Shown piece after piece: positions 43,194 through 52,771 of a stretch of 61,788 nt of DNA. Under the pieces are notes generated by a model. That model had not been told where the DNA came from and made no database searches. It was given only the letters and a program-made list of their open reading frames with translations. The translations under genes and the position numbers were made by a program. Origin of the DNA: Desulfuromonadales bacterium (GTDB taxonomy: Bacteria; Desulfobacterota; Desulfuromonadia; Desulfuromonadales; UBA2197); contig JACUTW010000004.1 in the NCBI GenBank assembly GCA_014859605.1, positions 1 through 61,788 of the forward strand, given 5' to 3'. How positions within the stretch are numbered: the first letter of the stretch is position 1; every line of letters begins with the position of its first letter.

Positions 43194-43223
43194 GATGACT
43201 CCTTGTGGTGACGAAAGTAGAAT

Positions 43224-43252
43224 AGCCAAGGTCGCGCCGGGCGACCTTGGCT
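43224..43252 (-). terminator. intergenic rplL-rpoB hairpin (candidate attenuator or partial terminator)
   Basis: AGCCAAGGTCGC / GCCGG / GCGACCTTGGCT: a 12-bp perfect stem between the rplL stop and the rpoB start. E. coli has an attenuator at the equivalent position. Confidence 0.45.
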
Positions 43253-43277
43253 AGGAATTGAACCATTCGGCAGGGAC

Positions 43278-43652
43278 CTATTTGAGCTCAACCTTGGCGC
43301 CGGCTTCCTCAAGCTGTTTCTTGAGTTCAGCGGCTTCGGCCTTGCTAACACCGGCTTTAACAGTCTGGGGAGCTCCATCAACGAGATCCTTGGCTTCTTT
43401 GAGGCCAAGACCGGTCACAGCACGAACGACTTTGATGACGTTGATCTTTTTGTCGCCGGCATCCGCCAGAATGACGTCAAACTCGTCCTTCTCTTCAACG
43501 GCAGCAGCAGCGGCAGCAGCCGGAGCAGCTGCGGCAACCGGGGCAGCGGCCGAAACGCCGAATTTGGCTTCAAGTTCTTTAACCAGCTCGGCGAGCTCAA
43601 GGACGGACATCTTCTCGATGAATTCAACAACCTGCTCTTTAGTAATCGACAT
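43278..43652 (-). CDS. rplL: 50S ribosomal protein L7/L12
   Basis: [33 protein letters not shown], an Ala-rich hinge, and [19 protein letters not shown]. Confidence 0.97.
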   Translation of the reverse strand: MSITKEQVVEFIEKMSVLELAELVKELEAKFGVSAAAPVAAAAPAAAAAAAVEEKDEFDVILADAGDKKINVIKVVRAVTGLGLKEAKDLVDGAPQTVKAGVSKAEAAELKKQLEEAGAKVELK

Positions 43653-43710
43653 GACTTATAGTCTCCTCTATGCGATTTTCGCGAAAAATAAGTGTTTATG
43701 AGCCTGATTC

Positions 43711-44229
43711 TCAGGCTGCCTTTTGGTCTTTGTATGCGGCAAGGACCTGCACAAACGCGCGCGGTACAGCAGCCAGAACACCAACGAAATTGGTCGCCGG
43801 GGCACTGAACGAACCGAGCATACGGGCCAGCAGTACTTCACGGCTCGGCAATTCTGCCAGCGCCTTGACATCACTAACGGACAAAATCTTGCCGTCCAAA
43901 GCGCCGCCCTTGAGTTCAAACTTGGCGTTGCTCTTGGCAAAGTCTGCCATAATTTTGGCCGTTGACACCGGGTCACCGGATGCGATCGCAATCGCCGTCG
44001 GACCTGACAACAAAGGATTAAGGCACTCAGAAGATGTCCCCTTGGCCGCGAGGCGCAACAGGGTGTTCTTGGCAACCTTGTATTCGGCTCCGCTGTTCCG
44101 GAGTGCGCCACGCAGGGTATTAACCTGTTCAACTGTCAATCCGCGATAATCTGCCAGAAAGGTTGACTTGCTCTTTGCAAGTTTCGCTGCAAGATCAGCA
44201 ACGACTTGAGCTTTGTTTTCTTTTTTCAA
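43711..44229 (-). CDS. rplJ: 50S ribosomal protein L10
   Basis: KKENKAQVVADLAAKLAKSKSTFLADYRGLTVEQVNTLR is an L10 signature. AAGGAGG lies 6 nt before the TTG at 44229, while the track TTG at 44250 has no SD. Confidence 0.92.
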   Translation of the reverse strand: MKKENKAQVVADLAAKLAKSKSTFLADYRGLTVEQVNTLRGALRNSGAEYKVAKNTLLRLAAKGTSSECLNPLLSGPTAIAIASGDPVSTAKIMADFAKSNAKFELKGGALDGKILSVSDVKALAELPSREVLLARMLGSFSAPATNFVGVLAAVPRAFVQVLAAYKDQKAA

Positions 44230-44418
44230 CGTCTCTCCTCCTTTCTTCAAGAATGGGGCGCATATTGCCCTCCCCCAGTCTGAGGTGCGAGAAACGACTT
44301 TTAGTGTCGCTCTGGTTCGATAGCCTCGGCAGGTGGACTTCCATTAAACGCCAGACGGCGAGCCTGCTGTCTTTGACCGGGAGTAAAATGTGAGCTGCCG
44401 CAGCAGAACACAAACTCT
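44230..44418 (-). promoter_or_regulatory. 189-nt untranslated leader upstream of rplJ (possible L10/L12 autoregulatory leader)
   Basis: This is a long non-coding gap between rplA and rplJ, GC-rich with several short complementary segments. I could not confirm a structure by eye. Confidence 0.25.
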
Positions 44419-45120
44419 TTATTTAACTTGTGCCTGCAGAGCCGGAACGTCGAGAGTCACACTCGGTCCCATGGTGCTGGTCACTGTGACCTTCTTCATG
44501 TAGGTCCCCTTGGAAGTCTGGGGCTTGGCCTTCATGAGGGCATCCAGCAAAGCGAGAAGATTTCCTTTAAGCTGGTCCACACCGAAAGAGACCTTGCCGA
44601 TACCGGCATGGACAATCCCGGCCTTTTCGACGCGGTACTCAACCTTACCGGACTTCGCTTCGCTGACAGCGCGGGCGACATCGAAGGTGACTGTGCCGAC
44701 CTTCGGGTTCGGCATCAAACCACGCGGACCAAGCAATTTACCGATCTTGCCAACTGTTCCCATCATGTCGGGAGTGGCAATCGCGGTATCAAACTCGAAC
44801 CATCCAGCTTGAATTTTGGCAACCAATTCATCCGCTCCGACATAATCAGCGCCTTCGGTCTGGGCTTCAAGGGCTTTTTCCCCCTTCGCAAAGACGAGAA
44901 CCCGAACGGTCTTGCCGAGGCCGTTCGGGAGGACGACTGCACCGCGGACCATCTGGTCGGCCTTACGCGGGTCAACGCCGAGACGAACCGCAACTTCAAC
45001 TGTTTCGTCAAACTTGGCGAAAGCAACTTCCTTGACTAATGTCAAGCCTTCATCGACGCCATAGGCGGTGTCTTTATCGATCTTCGCCTTGGCCTGTGCA
45101 TGTTTCTTTGCGACTGCCAT
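44419..45120 (-). CDS. rplA: 50S ribosomal protein L1
   Basis: [24 protein letters not shown] and [14 protein letters not shown] are L1 signatures. ATG at 45120 with GGAG upstream. Confidence 0.95.
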   Translation of the reverse strand: MAVAKKHAQAKAKIDKDTAYGVDEGLTLVKEVAFAKFDETVEVAVRLGVDPRKADQMVRGAVVLPNGLGKTVRVLVFAKGEKALEAQTEGADYVGADELVAKIQAGWFEFDTAIATPDMMGTVGKIGKLLGPRGLMPNPKVGTVTFDVARAVSEAKSGKVEYRVEKAGIVHAGIGKVSFGVDQLKGNLLALLDALMKAKPQTSKGTYMKKVTVTSTMGPSVTLDVPALQAQVK

Positions 45121-45180
45121 CTTCTGCACTCCGGTATTACCCGCTGGGTATTGAAAGAAGTAAACGCTACACGAAAACGA

Positions 45181-45606
45181 TCAAACGACCTCTATCCCCA
45201 TACTGCGGGCAGTTCCTTCGATCGTACGTACAGCAGCTTCGAGATCAAAGGCATTGAGATCTTGCAACTTCAACTTCGCAATCTCACGCACTTGATCCTT
45301 GGTGACATTACCAACCTTATTTTTGTTCGGCACGCCCGACCCTTTAGGAATCTTGGCAGCCTTGATCAACAAGATCGATGCGGGCGGGGTTTTGGTCACG
45401 TAAGTAAAGGAGCGATCTGCGTAGATCGTAATTACCACCGGGATAATCATCCCCGGCTCTTCTCCCTGCGTCTTTGCATTGAAAGATTTACAAAATTCCA
45501 TAATATTGACCCCGTGCTGACCGAGGGCAGGACCAATAGGCGGCGAGGGATTTGCCTTGCCGGCAGGAACTTGCAACTTTACCATTCCGATGATCTTCTT
45601 AGCCAT
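45181..45606 (-). CDS. rplK: 50S ribosomal protein L11
   Basis: [40 protein letters not shown] is an L11 signature. AAGGAG lies 6 nt before the ATG. Confidence 0.96.
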   Translation of the reverse strand: MAKKIIGMVKLQVPAGKANPSPPIGPALGQHGVNIMEFCKSFNAKTQGEEPGMIIPVVITIYADRSFTYVTKTPPASILLIKAAKIPKGSGVPNKNKVGNVTKDQVREIAKLKLQDLNAFDLEAAVRTIEGTARSMGIEVV

Positions 45607-45643
45607 GTACAACTCCTTGTGTGGTGCGCGTTTCTAAACAGCT

Positions 45644-46177
45644 TCAGCTGGTTTTTTCGACCTGGATAAATTCAAGCTCAACCGGAGTGACGCGGCCAAA
45701 GATACTTACCATGACCTTGAGTTTTCCTTTGTCGGGCTTTACGTCTTCAACTACACCACTGAAATTAAGGAAGGGGCCATCGATCACGCGAACTGTTTCC
45801 CCAACTTCAAACTCGACCTTCGGCTTCGGTCGCTCAACCCCTTCCGCCATCCGGTTGGTGATCTTAAGAATCTCATCTTCGCTGATGACCGGCGGGTTGG
45901 TGGTCCCACCGACAAAACCTGTCACCTTGGGCGTATCCTTGACGATATGCCACGTCTCGCTATTCAGTTCCATCTTGACGAGGATATAGCCGGGGAAAAA
46001 CTTCCGTTGGGAAGTCCTTTTCTCTCCCTGCTTAAGCTCGACAACCGTTTCTGAAGGGATCAACACTTCTCCGAAGAACTCTTCCATCCCCAGGGAGCGA
46101 ATCCGTTCCTCGAGTGAAAGCTTGACCCGATTTTCAAAACCTGAATACGTATGGACGCCATACCATTTCATACTCAT
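45644..46177 (-). CDS. nusG: transcription termination/antitermination factor NusG
   Basis: [23 protein letters not shown], and a KOW region ([24 protein letters not shown]). Confidence 0.96.
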   Translation of the reverse strand: MSMKWYGVHTYSGFENRVKLSLEERIRSLGMEEFFGEVLIPSETVVELKQGEKRTSQRKFFPGYILVKMELNSETWHIVKDTPKVTGFVGGTTNPPVISEDEILKITNRMAEGVERPKPKVEFEVGETVRVIDGPFLNFSGVVEDVKPDKGKLKVMVSIFGRVTPVELEFIQVEKTS

Positions 46178-46193
46178 GGACAGCCTCCTTCGC

Positions 46194-46379
46194 TCAACTC
46201 AGCATCGAGCGGATTAACATCGCCAGCGCCGAATCAACAATCCAAAAATAAACAGCCGAGAAAATGACTAACGCAATTACGACCGCAGTCGATGCTTTCA
46301 CATCTTTACGCTCGGGCCAGGTAACATTCTTCAGCTCTTCACGTACGTTCTTTAAAAAATCAGAGGTTTTTGAGAACAT
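46194..46379 (-). CDS. secE: preprotein translocase subunit SecE
   Basis: 61 aa. FLKNVREELKNVTWP.RK followed by a single TM helix. It is immediately upstream of nusG. Confidence 0.9.
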   Translation of the reverse strand: MFSKTSDFLKNVREELKNVTWPERKDVKASTAVVIALVIFSAVYFWIVDSALAMLIRSMLS

Positions 46380-46418
46380 CTATGACAACCCCTTCGTGAG
46401 GACTGTGGTCAATATAAA

Positions 46419-46495
46419 TGGCAGGCCAGGAGGGATTCGAACCCCCAACACCCGGTTTTGGAGACCGGTGCTCTAGCCGTTAGAGCTACTGGCCT
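46419..46495 (-). tRNA. tRNA-Trp (CCA)
   Basis: Reverse complement AGGCCAGTAGCTCTAACGGCTAGAGCACCGGTCTCCAAAACCGGGTGTTGGGGGTTCGAATCCCTCCTGGCCTGCCA folds as a cloverleaf. The anticodon loop is CUCCAAA and the 3' CCA is encoded. Confidence 0.92.
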
Positions 46496-46516
46496 GCAAT
46501 CGAACTCAAGTACACC

Positions 46517-46666
46517 CTATTTGGTTTCGCGATGGGGCGTATGTTTTTTACAGAAGCGGCAATACTTGCTGAACTCAAGTTTGTCCGGCGTCGTCTTTTT
46601 GTTTTTCGTTGTCGTATAGTTGCGTTGCTTGCACTCGGCGCAAGAAAGGGTAATTATGTCCCGCAT
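46517..46666 (-). CDS. rpmG: 50S ribosomal protein L33 (Cys4 C+ form); absent from the ORF track because it is under 60 aa
   Basis: My manual translation gives [49 protein letters not shown], with a GGGGAGGA RBS. Confidence 0.9.
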   Translation of the reverse strand: MRDIITLSCAECKQRNYTTTKNKKTTPDKLEFSKYCRFCKKHTPHRETK

Positions 46667-46734
46667 TTGTCAGTTCCTCCCCTTGCCACTTCCAGATGGG
46701 AGAGCAAGGCGATTTGAGATTTAATAAACCACTA

Positions 46735-47934
46735 CTACTCGATAATTTCGGCAACGACACCCGCGCCGACAGTACGACCACCTTCGCGAATGGCGAAACG
46801 CAACTCTTTGTCCATCGCAATCGGAGTGATCAGATTGACCGTCATGGCGGTGTTGTCACCGGGCATAACCATCTCGACACCTTCGGGAAGCTCGACAATC
46901 CCGGTGACGTCGGTGGTGCGGAAGTAGAACTGCGGACGATAGCCTTTGAAGAAGGGGGTATGACGGCCGCCCTCTTCTTTGGTGAGGATATATGCTTCCG
47001 CCTTGAACTTGGTGTGCGGTGTGATCGAACCGGGCTTGGCGAGAACCTGACCGCGCTCAATGTCTTCACGCTTGACGCCGCGCAGGAGGACGCCGACGTT
47101 ATCGCCAGCTTGGCCCTGATCGAGGAGCTTGCGGAACATCTCGACGCCGGTGACGACGGTCTTGGTGGTCGCTTTCATACCGACGATTTCGACATCTTCC
47201 TGAACCTTGACGATGCCGCGCTCGATACGACCGGTAGCGACGGTGCCGCGACCCGAGATGGAGAAGACGTCTTCGACCGGCATCAGGAAGGGGCGATCGA
47301 TGGCGCGCTCCGGAACCGGGATAAAGCTGTCGACGGCGGCCATAAGATCCAGGACCGGCTTGCAGGCCGGACACTCGGCTTTGCCACAACCACACTCGAG
47401 AGCCTTGAGGGCACTGCCGGGGATGATCGGGGTGTCGTCGCCGGGGAAGTCGTAAAGCGAAAGGAGTTCGCGCAGTTCGAGTTCAACCAACTCCAGGAGT
47501 TCGGCATCGTCGACCATGTCGGCTTTGTTCATGAAGACGACCATAGCCGGAACGCCGACCTGACGGGCAAGCAGGATGTGCTCGCGGGTCTGGGGCATCG
47601 GACCGTCAGCGGCCGAGCAAACCAGAATCGCGCCGTCCATCTGCGCCGCTCCGGTGATCATGTTCTTGACATAGTCGGCATGACCCGGGCAGTCAACGTG
47701 GGCATAATGGCGATTGTCGGTTTCGTACTCGACGTGTGCGGTTGAGATGGTGATGCCGCGCTCGCGCTCTTCCGGGGCCTTGTCGATCGAATCGAAGGCT
47801 TTGAACTCGGCGAGTCCCTTAGAAGCCATAACCTTGGTAATAGCTGCGGTCAGGGTCGTCTTGCCGTGGTCAACGTGACCGATCGTTCCGATATTGACGT
47901 GTGGCTTGTTTCTTTCGAATTTTGCTTTACCCAT
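46735..47934 (-). CDS. tuf: elongation factor Tu, copy 2 (tRNA-tufB-type copy)
   Basis: The 399-aa product is identical to copy 1. The stop codon is TAG instead of TAA. It is preceded by four tRNA genes. Confidence 0.98.
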   Translation of the reverse strand: MGKAKFERNKPHVNIGTIGHVDHGKTTLTAAITKVMASKGLAEFKAFDSIDKAPEERERGITISTAHVEYETDNRHYAHVDCPGHADYVKNMITGAAQMDGAILVCSAADGPMPQTREHILLARQVGVPAMVVFMNKADMVDDAELLELVELELRELLSLYDFPGDDTPIIPGSALKALECGCGKAECPACKPVLDLMAAVDSFIPVPERAIDRPFLMPVEDVFSISGRGTVATGRIERGIVKVQEDVEIVGMKATTKTVVTGVEMFRKLLDQGQAGDNVGVLLRGVKREDIERGQVLAKPGSITPHTKFKAEAYILTKEEGGRHTPFFKGYRPQFYFRTTDVTGIVELPEGVEMVMPGDNTAMTVNLITPIAMDKELRFAIREGGRTVGAGVVAEIIE

Positions 47935-47938
47935 GATC
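46736..47938 (-). repeat. about 1.2-kb direct repeat, copy B (see 30480-31682)
   Basis: The offset is exactly 16256 nt from copy A, with the same boundaries relative to the CDS. Confidence 0.85.
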
Positions 47939-48052
47939 AGTACCTCCTTTTTCAGAGCTCTCTTTTAATTCAGCGCTTGAATGTTTGATTGATGAACTCT
48001 ACCGCCACGAATCGAAGTCAAGAAAAAACGCGAAAAACCCCGCAAGAAAGCA

Positions 48053-48128
<76 letters not shown>

Positions 48129-48158
48129 AATCACTCTTATCGGGACTCTTATTTGTTT

Positions 48159-48235
48159 TGGAGCGGGAAACGGGGCTCGAACCCGCGACCCTCAGCTTGG
48201 AAGGCTGATGCTCTAGCCAACTGAGCTACTCCCGC
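48159..48235 (-). tRNA. tRNA-Gly (UCC)
   Basis: Reverse complement GCGGGAGTAGCTCAGTTGGCTAGAGCATCAGCCTTCCAAGCTGAGGGTCGCGGGTTCGAGCCCCGTTTCCCGCTCCA. The anticodon loop is CUUCCAA. Confidence 0.92.
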
Positions 48236-48338
48236 CAAAACAAACCTTTTTTTGGACTCAACTTCATCGTCATACCCAGTCCGTACGGCTTTGCGCCTCC
48301 TGGAAGATGACAACGCTCTTCATCCGGCAAGTAAATTA

Positions 48339-48423
<85 letters not shown>

Positions 48424-48470
48424 AATGGGGTTCATTATTAAATTGTTTCCCTCTTTATCCCTGCTGCTAA

Positions 48471-48546
48471 TGGAGCTGGCGACAGGAATCGAACCCGCGA
48501 CCTGCTGATTACAAGTCAGCTGCTCTACCTACTGAGCTACGCCAGC
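48471..48546 (-). tRNA. tRNA-Thr (UGU)
   Basis: Reverse complement GCTGGCGTAGCTCAGTAGGTAGAGCAGCTGACTTGTAATCAGCAGGTCGCGGGTTCGATTCCTGTCGCCAGCTCCA. The anticodon loop is CUUGUAA. Confidence 0.92.
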
Positions 48547-48557
48547 ACAGGTCGGCA

Positions 48558-48586
48558 CTTATACACCCGAAAAAAGCAAATTGCAA
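48558..48586 (-). promoter_or_regulatory. sigma70-type promoter candidate for the tRNA-tuf operon
   Basis: Minus strand reads TTGCAA - 17 bp - TATAAG, then a GC-rich discriminator (TGCCGACC), ending 11 nt before the first tRNA. Confidence 0.5.
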
Positions 48587-48780
48587 GGGCAAAATAAGTG
48601 CGGGTTACCAACTCAACAGAAGCGGTCTTATAACCGATCCCGTTCCGGCTGTCAATAGATCTTTGCTTTGTACGAACTTTTATTGACGTCCGTAACCAAT
48701 CCAGTGGAACAAAAAGTCTCTTGGGATTTTTACATAATATACAGTATGCTTCAAAAGGCACGCCCCTCAAGGAGTAACCC

Positions 48781-49821
48781 ATGATATTTTTTGCCTATTC
48801 CGGCATCTTCGCCATCATCCTGTTGGTCACCTACATTTGCCTCCCCTTTTTACCGGCCTTTGTCTGGGCCTTCATCATTTACCAGGCAGGGCACCCTTTA
48901 CAGCAACGCCTGCTACGGCACGTTTCACCTGTGCAAGCTTCCCTGCTAATGCTCTTTATCGTCGTCATTACTATCATCGTGCCGATTTCCCTGCTGGGCG
49001 GCCAACTAGTTATCGAAGCGTCCACGGCCTACCAGCAGCTCGAAGAGCAGGGGTTCACGGCTCCCTCCGCCGAATCATTACGCCAACTCCTTCTCAACTC
49101 GCCTCTCCCTGCCCCTTTACGGGATTATCTGTCCGGAGACAGCCTGAAAGAGACCCTCCTTGTCCACACAGCCGAATTGGGCAAGACCCTTGTTTCCGTC
49201 GCCTCCGCCTTCTTAACCCGGGCGGTCATCAATATCGGGAGCTTCCTCTTCAGCGTCATTGCTTTTCTCTTTATTTACTTCTGTGTCTGCAACAATGGTT
49301 CGGGCTGGTACCAAAAAATCCTCAAGGCGGTTCCAAGGGAATACGGCCTTGATACGCTTCTGTCCCGCCTGGCTTCGGCGGCCTCCGGACTCTTTTGGGG
49401 GGTCGCCGGCACCTGCCTTGTCCAAGGGGTCGTTGGCGGCATAATCTTTCTGTTTCTGGGACTCCCCTCGCCGCTTCTCATCGCCGCCCTGATCAGCTTC
49501 TGCGCTTTGGTGCCGGTCATCGGCACCGCGATTATCTGGCTCCCCTTTGTTCTGTGGCTGGCCATCAACGGCGCATGGGCTAAAGCTCTCATCCTCGCCC
49601 TGTGCGGTGTCTTCGTCATTGGCTCGATCGACAATATTACCCGTCCCCTCCTCACGAAAGTCAGCGGCGCCCAACTCTCCACTCTGACGGTCACCCTCGG
49701 CGCCATCGGCGGACTCACGGCCTTCGGGCTAACCGGACTGGTCATCGGCCCGCTGGTCATAGAAAGCTTTTCCTGGCTGCTCGACCGCCTCGGTCAACTA
49801 GCGCCGGAGGAGATCGCCTGA
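48781..49821 (+). CDS. AI-2E family (PerM/UPF0118) transporter
   Basis: 346 aa with about 8 hydrophobic helices. The C-terminal pattern IDNITRPLL.......LSTLTVTLGAIGGLTAFGLTGLVIGP is typical of the family. Confidence 0.65.
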   Translation: MIFFAYSGIFAIILLVTYICLPFLPAFVWAFIIYQAGHPLQQRLLRHVSPVQASLLMLFIVVITIIVPISLLGGQLVIEASTAYQQLEEQGFTAPSAESLRQLLLNSPLPAPLRDYLSGDSLKETLLVHTAELGKTLVSVASAFLTRAVINIGSFLFSVIAFLFIYFCVCNNGSGWYQKILKAVPREYGLDTLLSRLASAASGLFWGVAGTCLVQGVVGGIIFLFLGLPSPLLIAALISFCALVPVIGTAIIWLPFVLWLAINGAWAKALILALCGVFVIGSIDNITRPLLTKVSGAQLSTLTVTLGAIGGLTAFGLTGLVIGPLVIESFSWLLDRLGQLAPEEIA

Positions 49822-49840
49822 AAACAACCTTTGCATTCCG

Positions 49841-52459
49841 CTATAACAGCCAGAGGAAGGCCGCGGCACTGATAAGGACAAGCATACGGTGAGCAGCCAT
49901 ACCAAAGCGGTTCAAGGCATAGTGCTGCTGCAAACGACCAAGAGCCTGCCAGGAGAAGAAGGTGCCGGCCAGGAGCAGCGGCACGATCAACAGGCGTAAT
50001 GTGCCCAACTCAGGAGTCAGAGCCGTAAGGTCGAACCAGCCCGCCAGGCCGAAAGCGATAAGTGTCAAAGGGATGATGTCTGCCCCCTTTTCGAGCAACG
50101 GCCGGAAGTAAAGAAGAAAGAGGGCAACCACGGCCACCGGAAGATAAGCAAGGCCACAGAGCGTAAAGGTCGCCCGCCAGCGACTGCGACGGTTGCCGAT
50201 TGAAACGACAAACGCCGCGGCAATGTAAAGACCGATGAACAACACCGCCACTGAAAAACCTTTGACCGTCCACACTCCCGCCTCTATCATTTCCGGCTGC
50301 AGCAGCGCCATATAATGGATCCCCTTGACAGCAAAGATTGCTCCGACCAGGGTTACGCAAAAGAGCGCCTCGGCAAAGCCGCGCCGGGCGCGACTGAAGA
50401 GCCCCCAGGCGGGATTGCGGAGATCAAGCTGCATGGAGTGATGCGGACAACTCCGCACACAGTTAAGACAAAGGACGCAATGATCGGCGTTATCGACACC
50501 CGTGGGGTGGAGAGCCATCGGACAGCTCTTCTCTTTAATGCAATCATCAACCCGGCAGCGACTGGTGCAGACATTGTAATTACTGTGCATCTCCAGCAGC
50601 GATATACGCGCAACGACACTGACAATGCGGCCGAGGGGACACAAGTATTTACACCAACCGCGCCGGCCGAGCAGGAGATCAGCGGCCACCGTGGCGACCA
50701 GCAGTCCGAGCAGGAGGAGTCCGGTCGCCAGGGGCCGGATAAACATTCCGCTCGCTTCTTCGAGGAGCAGAATCAACACCAGGATAGTGAGACTCAGCGC
50801 CGCCCCCCCTCTTTTCAGCCACTGCGGGGGATCGCGAATCACCCGGGCCTTGGCGCCGACAAACTCGCCGATGGCTTCCAGGGGGCAGTAACTGCACCAC
50901 CCCCGGGCGACAAAGAAAGCGGTCAAAAGGAGCGCCGGCCACCACAGGGTCCAGACAGTGAGATTAGCGACATTGTCAGCAACCGGGCCAAACAGAGTGT
51001 ACAGGGAAACGAGCAGAAAAAGGGGGACGGTCCCCCAACGCAGCATCCGCGGAAAGCCCGGCCGCTGCGCCAGCTCAGCCACGGCTGGCAAGGTCAGGAG
51101 ATTAAACCGCCCCGCCCCGAAGGACTGGCCCGGCAGGAAGATATGTTCGGCGAGAACCTTATCTCCTTCACAGATCAAGACCGCGCGACTGAGAACCTGA
51201 TAAAGCTCGCTGTTATTGAGAGGCCAGTCGTGATCCAGCAAACGATTGAGAGCTTCATGCGACAGGCGGCGCACCTCTTTGCGATGTTTGGCATTTAAAG
51301 AACGCAGCAGGCGCCGGGCGATGCCGGGGATATCTTTTTTGCGTTCGCGCAAGGGCAGCATGACGATGCTTTCGCCCTGCAGCAGCCGATAAAGGCCCGG
51401 GTCGAAAACCCCGGCGGCGGCTTTTCCCGCGAGAGGCTCACTGCTGGTGGCGATAATCCGCAGTGCCGCGTGACGATATTCTGCCTCGCCGCGGCGCTGA
51501 AAGCGCCCACTCTGTAGTAAAGCACGCAGATCCCGCTGTACTCCCGGCTGCAAAGAGTCGACATTGCGCAGAATCAACGCCCCGCCGCTGGCAAGTTCGA
51601 GCATCCCTCGCCGGGCAGAGACCGCCCCGCTAGAAGCAGCCCCGAAGAGGGCTGTTTCCTGAGCGCGTTCCAGCCGAAGAAACTCTGTTTCCTCCCCGCC
51701 ACTTTGCAACGGCGGCGCCGCGCAATCAAGGAAGAGGAGCGGACGCTGATTCGCCCCATGAAAATGGATCAGCCGGGCCGCCAGGTCCTTCCAGGTTCCG
51801 GCTTCGCCGACGATCAGCACATGACTGTGACTGCTACCAAGCCGCTGCAAGCGAAGGTTGAGCTCTTTGACCCAGGGAGAGCTGCCGGGGAAGACAGAAA
51901 ATTCCGGTAACAGCTGCCAGCCGATGGCGTGACTGAGCAGGTCGCGATTCTCCTCCTCTTCACGCTGGTGGCGCTGCGCCCAGCTGCCGAGCTGGCGGGC
52001 GAGATCGCGACAAAGATTGGCATAAAGCCGGGGGATCTGCGGCAGGAGGGCGGCAAAATCGGCACGGGAGAGACACGCCGCGGTGACAGCCGTCACCGCC
52101 CGCACATCAGCGGTACGTGGTTCATCGGTGAGGATCGCGCGTTCACCAAAGATCTCCCCGACACCAAGTTCCAGTAGATTGAATATTTGCCCGGTAGCTT
52201 TGCGCAGCTCGACCCTTACTCGCCCCTGCAGAATAAAATAGAGCGCATCCGCAGGATCCTCTTTGGTCAAAATGACCCTCCCGGACAAAAAGTCGCAAGG
52301 CCGGAGCAACTCGCCAACCTGTGTAAGCTCTCTATCGGAAAGACCGGTCAGGATACGGAAGGGCCGCAATAAGGGCAAAGGAATCGGCACGATGACATAA
52401 ACCGTCGGTGAGGGGTGCTGCTGTCCGCCGGCAGCTTCTCGATGCCCGGACAACTTCAC
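49841..52459 (-). CDS. fusion protein: cyclic-nucleotide-binding domain + degenerate sigma54-interaction-type AAA+ domain + NapH-like polyferredoxin integral-membrane domain
   Basis: Residues about 35-150 (FILQGRVRVEL..GEIFGERAIL..RTADVRA) look like a cNMP-binding fold. Residues about 210-440 (VLIVGEAGTWKDLAARLIH, ETALFG, RIIATSSEPL, LPLRERKKDIPGIARRLL) look like a bEBP central domain. Residues about 475-872 contain about 10 hydrophobic helices plus WCSYCP, WCKYLCP, CTSRCRVDDCIKEKSCP and CVLCLNCVRSCP. The GTG start at 52459 is uncertain; in-frame GTG/TTG codons lie about 20-30 codons downstream. Confidence 0.7.
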   Translation of the reverse strand: MKLSGHREAAGGQQHPSPTVYVIVPIPLPLLRPFRILTGLSDRELTQVGELLRPCDFLSGRVILTKEDPADALYFILQGRVRVELRKATGQIFNLLELGVGEIFGERAILTDEPRTADVRAVTAVTAACLSRADFAALLPQIPRLYANLCRDLARQLGSWAQRHQREEEENRDLLSHAIGWQLLPEFSVFPGSSPWVKELNLRLQRLGSSHSHVLIVGEAGTWKDLAARLIHFHGANQRPLLFLDCAAPPLQSGGEETEFLRLERAQETALFGAASSGAVSARRGMLELASGGALILRNVDSLQPGVQRDLRALLQSGRFQRRGEAEYRHAALRIIATSSEPLAGKAAAGVFDPGLYRLLQGESIVMLPLRERKKDIPGIARRLLRSLNAKHRKEVRRLSHEALNRLLDHDWPLNNSELYQVLSRAVLICEGDKVLAEHIFLPGQSFGAGRFNLLTLPAVAELAQRPGFPRMLRWGTVPLFLLVSLYTLFGPVADNVANLTVWTLWWPALLLTAFFVARGWCSYCPLEAIGEFVGAKARVIRDPPQWLKRGGAALSLTILVLILLLEEASGMFIRPLATGLLLLGLLVATVAADLLLGRRGWCKYLCPLGRIVSVVARISLLEMHSNYNVCTSRCRVDDCIKEKSCPMALHPTGVDNADHCVLCLNCVRSCPHHSMQLDLRNPAWGLFSRARRGFAEALFCVTLVGAIFAVKGIHYMALLQPEMIEAGVWTVKGFSVAVLFIGLYIAAAFVVSIGNRRSRWRATFTLCGLAYLPVAVVALFLLYFRPLLEKGADIIPLTLIAFGLAGWFDLTALTPELGTLRLLIVPLLLAGTFFSWQALGRLQQHYALNRFGMAAHRMLVLISAAAFLWLL

Positions 52460-52771
52460 CCTGTACCCTACAAGTCTTGTGCCGCGCCGACAGCTTTGTT
52501 CGAAGAGCTGAAAGTTCTTTTCTGCCTATTCAAACCAGCGACATTGACGGGAGATTATTTTTACTGAAAATGAAAAGGTCGACAGGAAGACATGGCGTCG
52601 CAAGGGGATAAAAGTCACATAAAAACATCTTTCTACTTGGAAAGAAGGAACGATCTATGTATAGTTTGGCGGTAAAATTCTGGGGTTGAGCAACAAAATT
52701 TGTTGTGCTGCCTTTACGCTTATCGTGGAGATTCTGCGGAATGTCCGACCATTCGGAAGGAGACAAGAGGA

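Noticed and set aside
43495-43555. A GCAGCAGCAGCGGCAGCAGCC-type simple repeat.
   Set aside because: It encodes the Ala-rich flexible hinge of L7/L12 ([17 protein letters not shown]). This is a normal feature of the protein, not a regulatory or hypervariable repeat.
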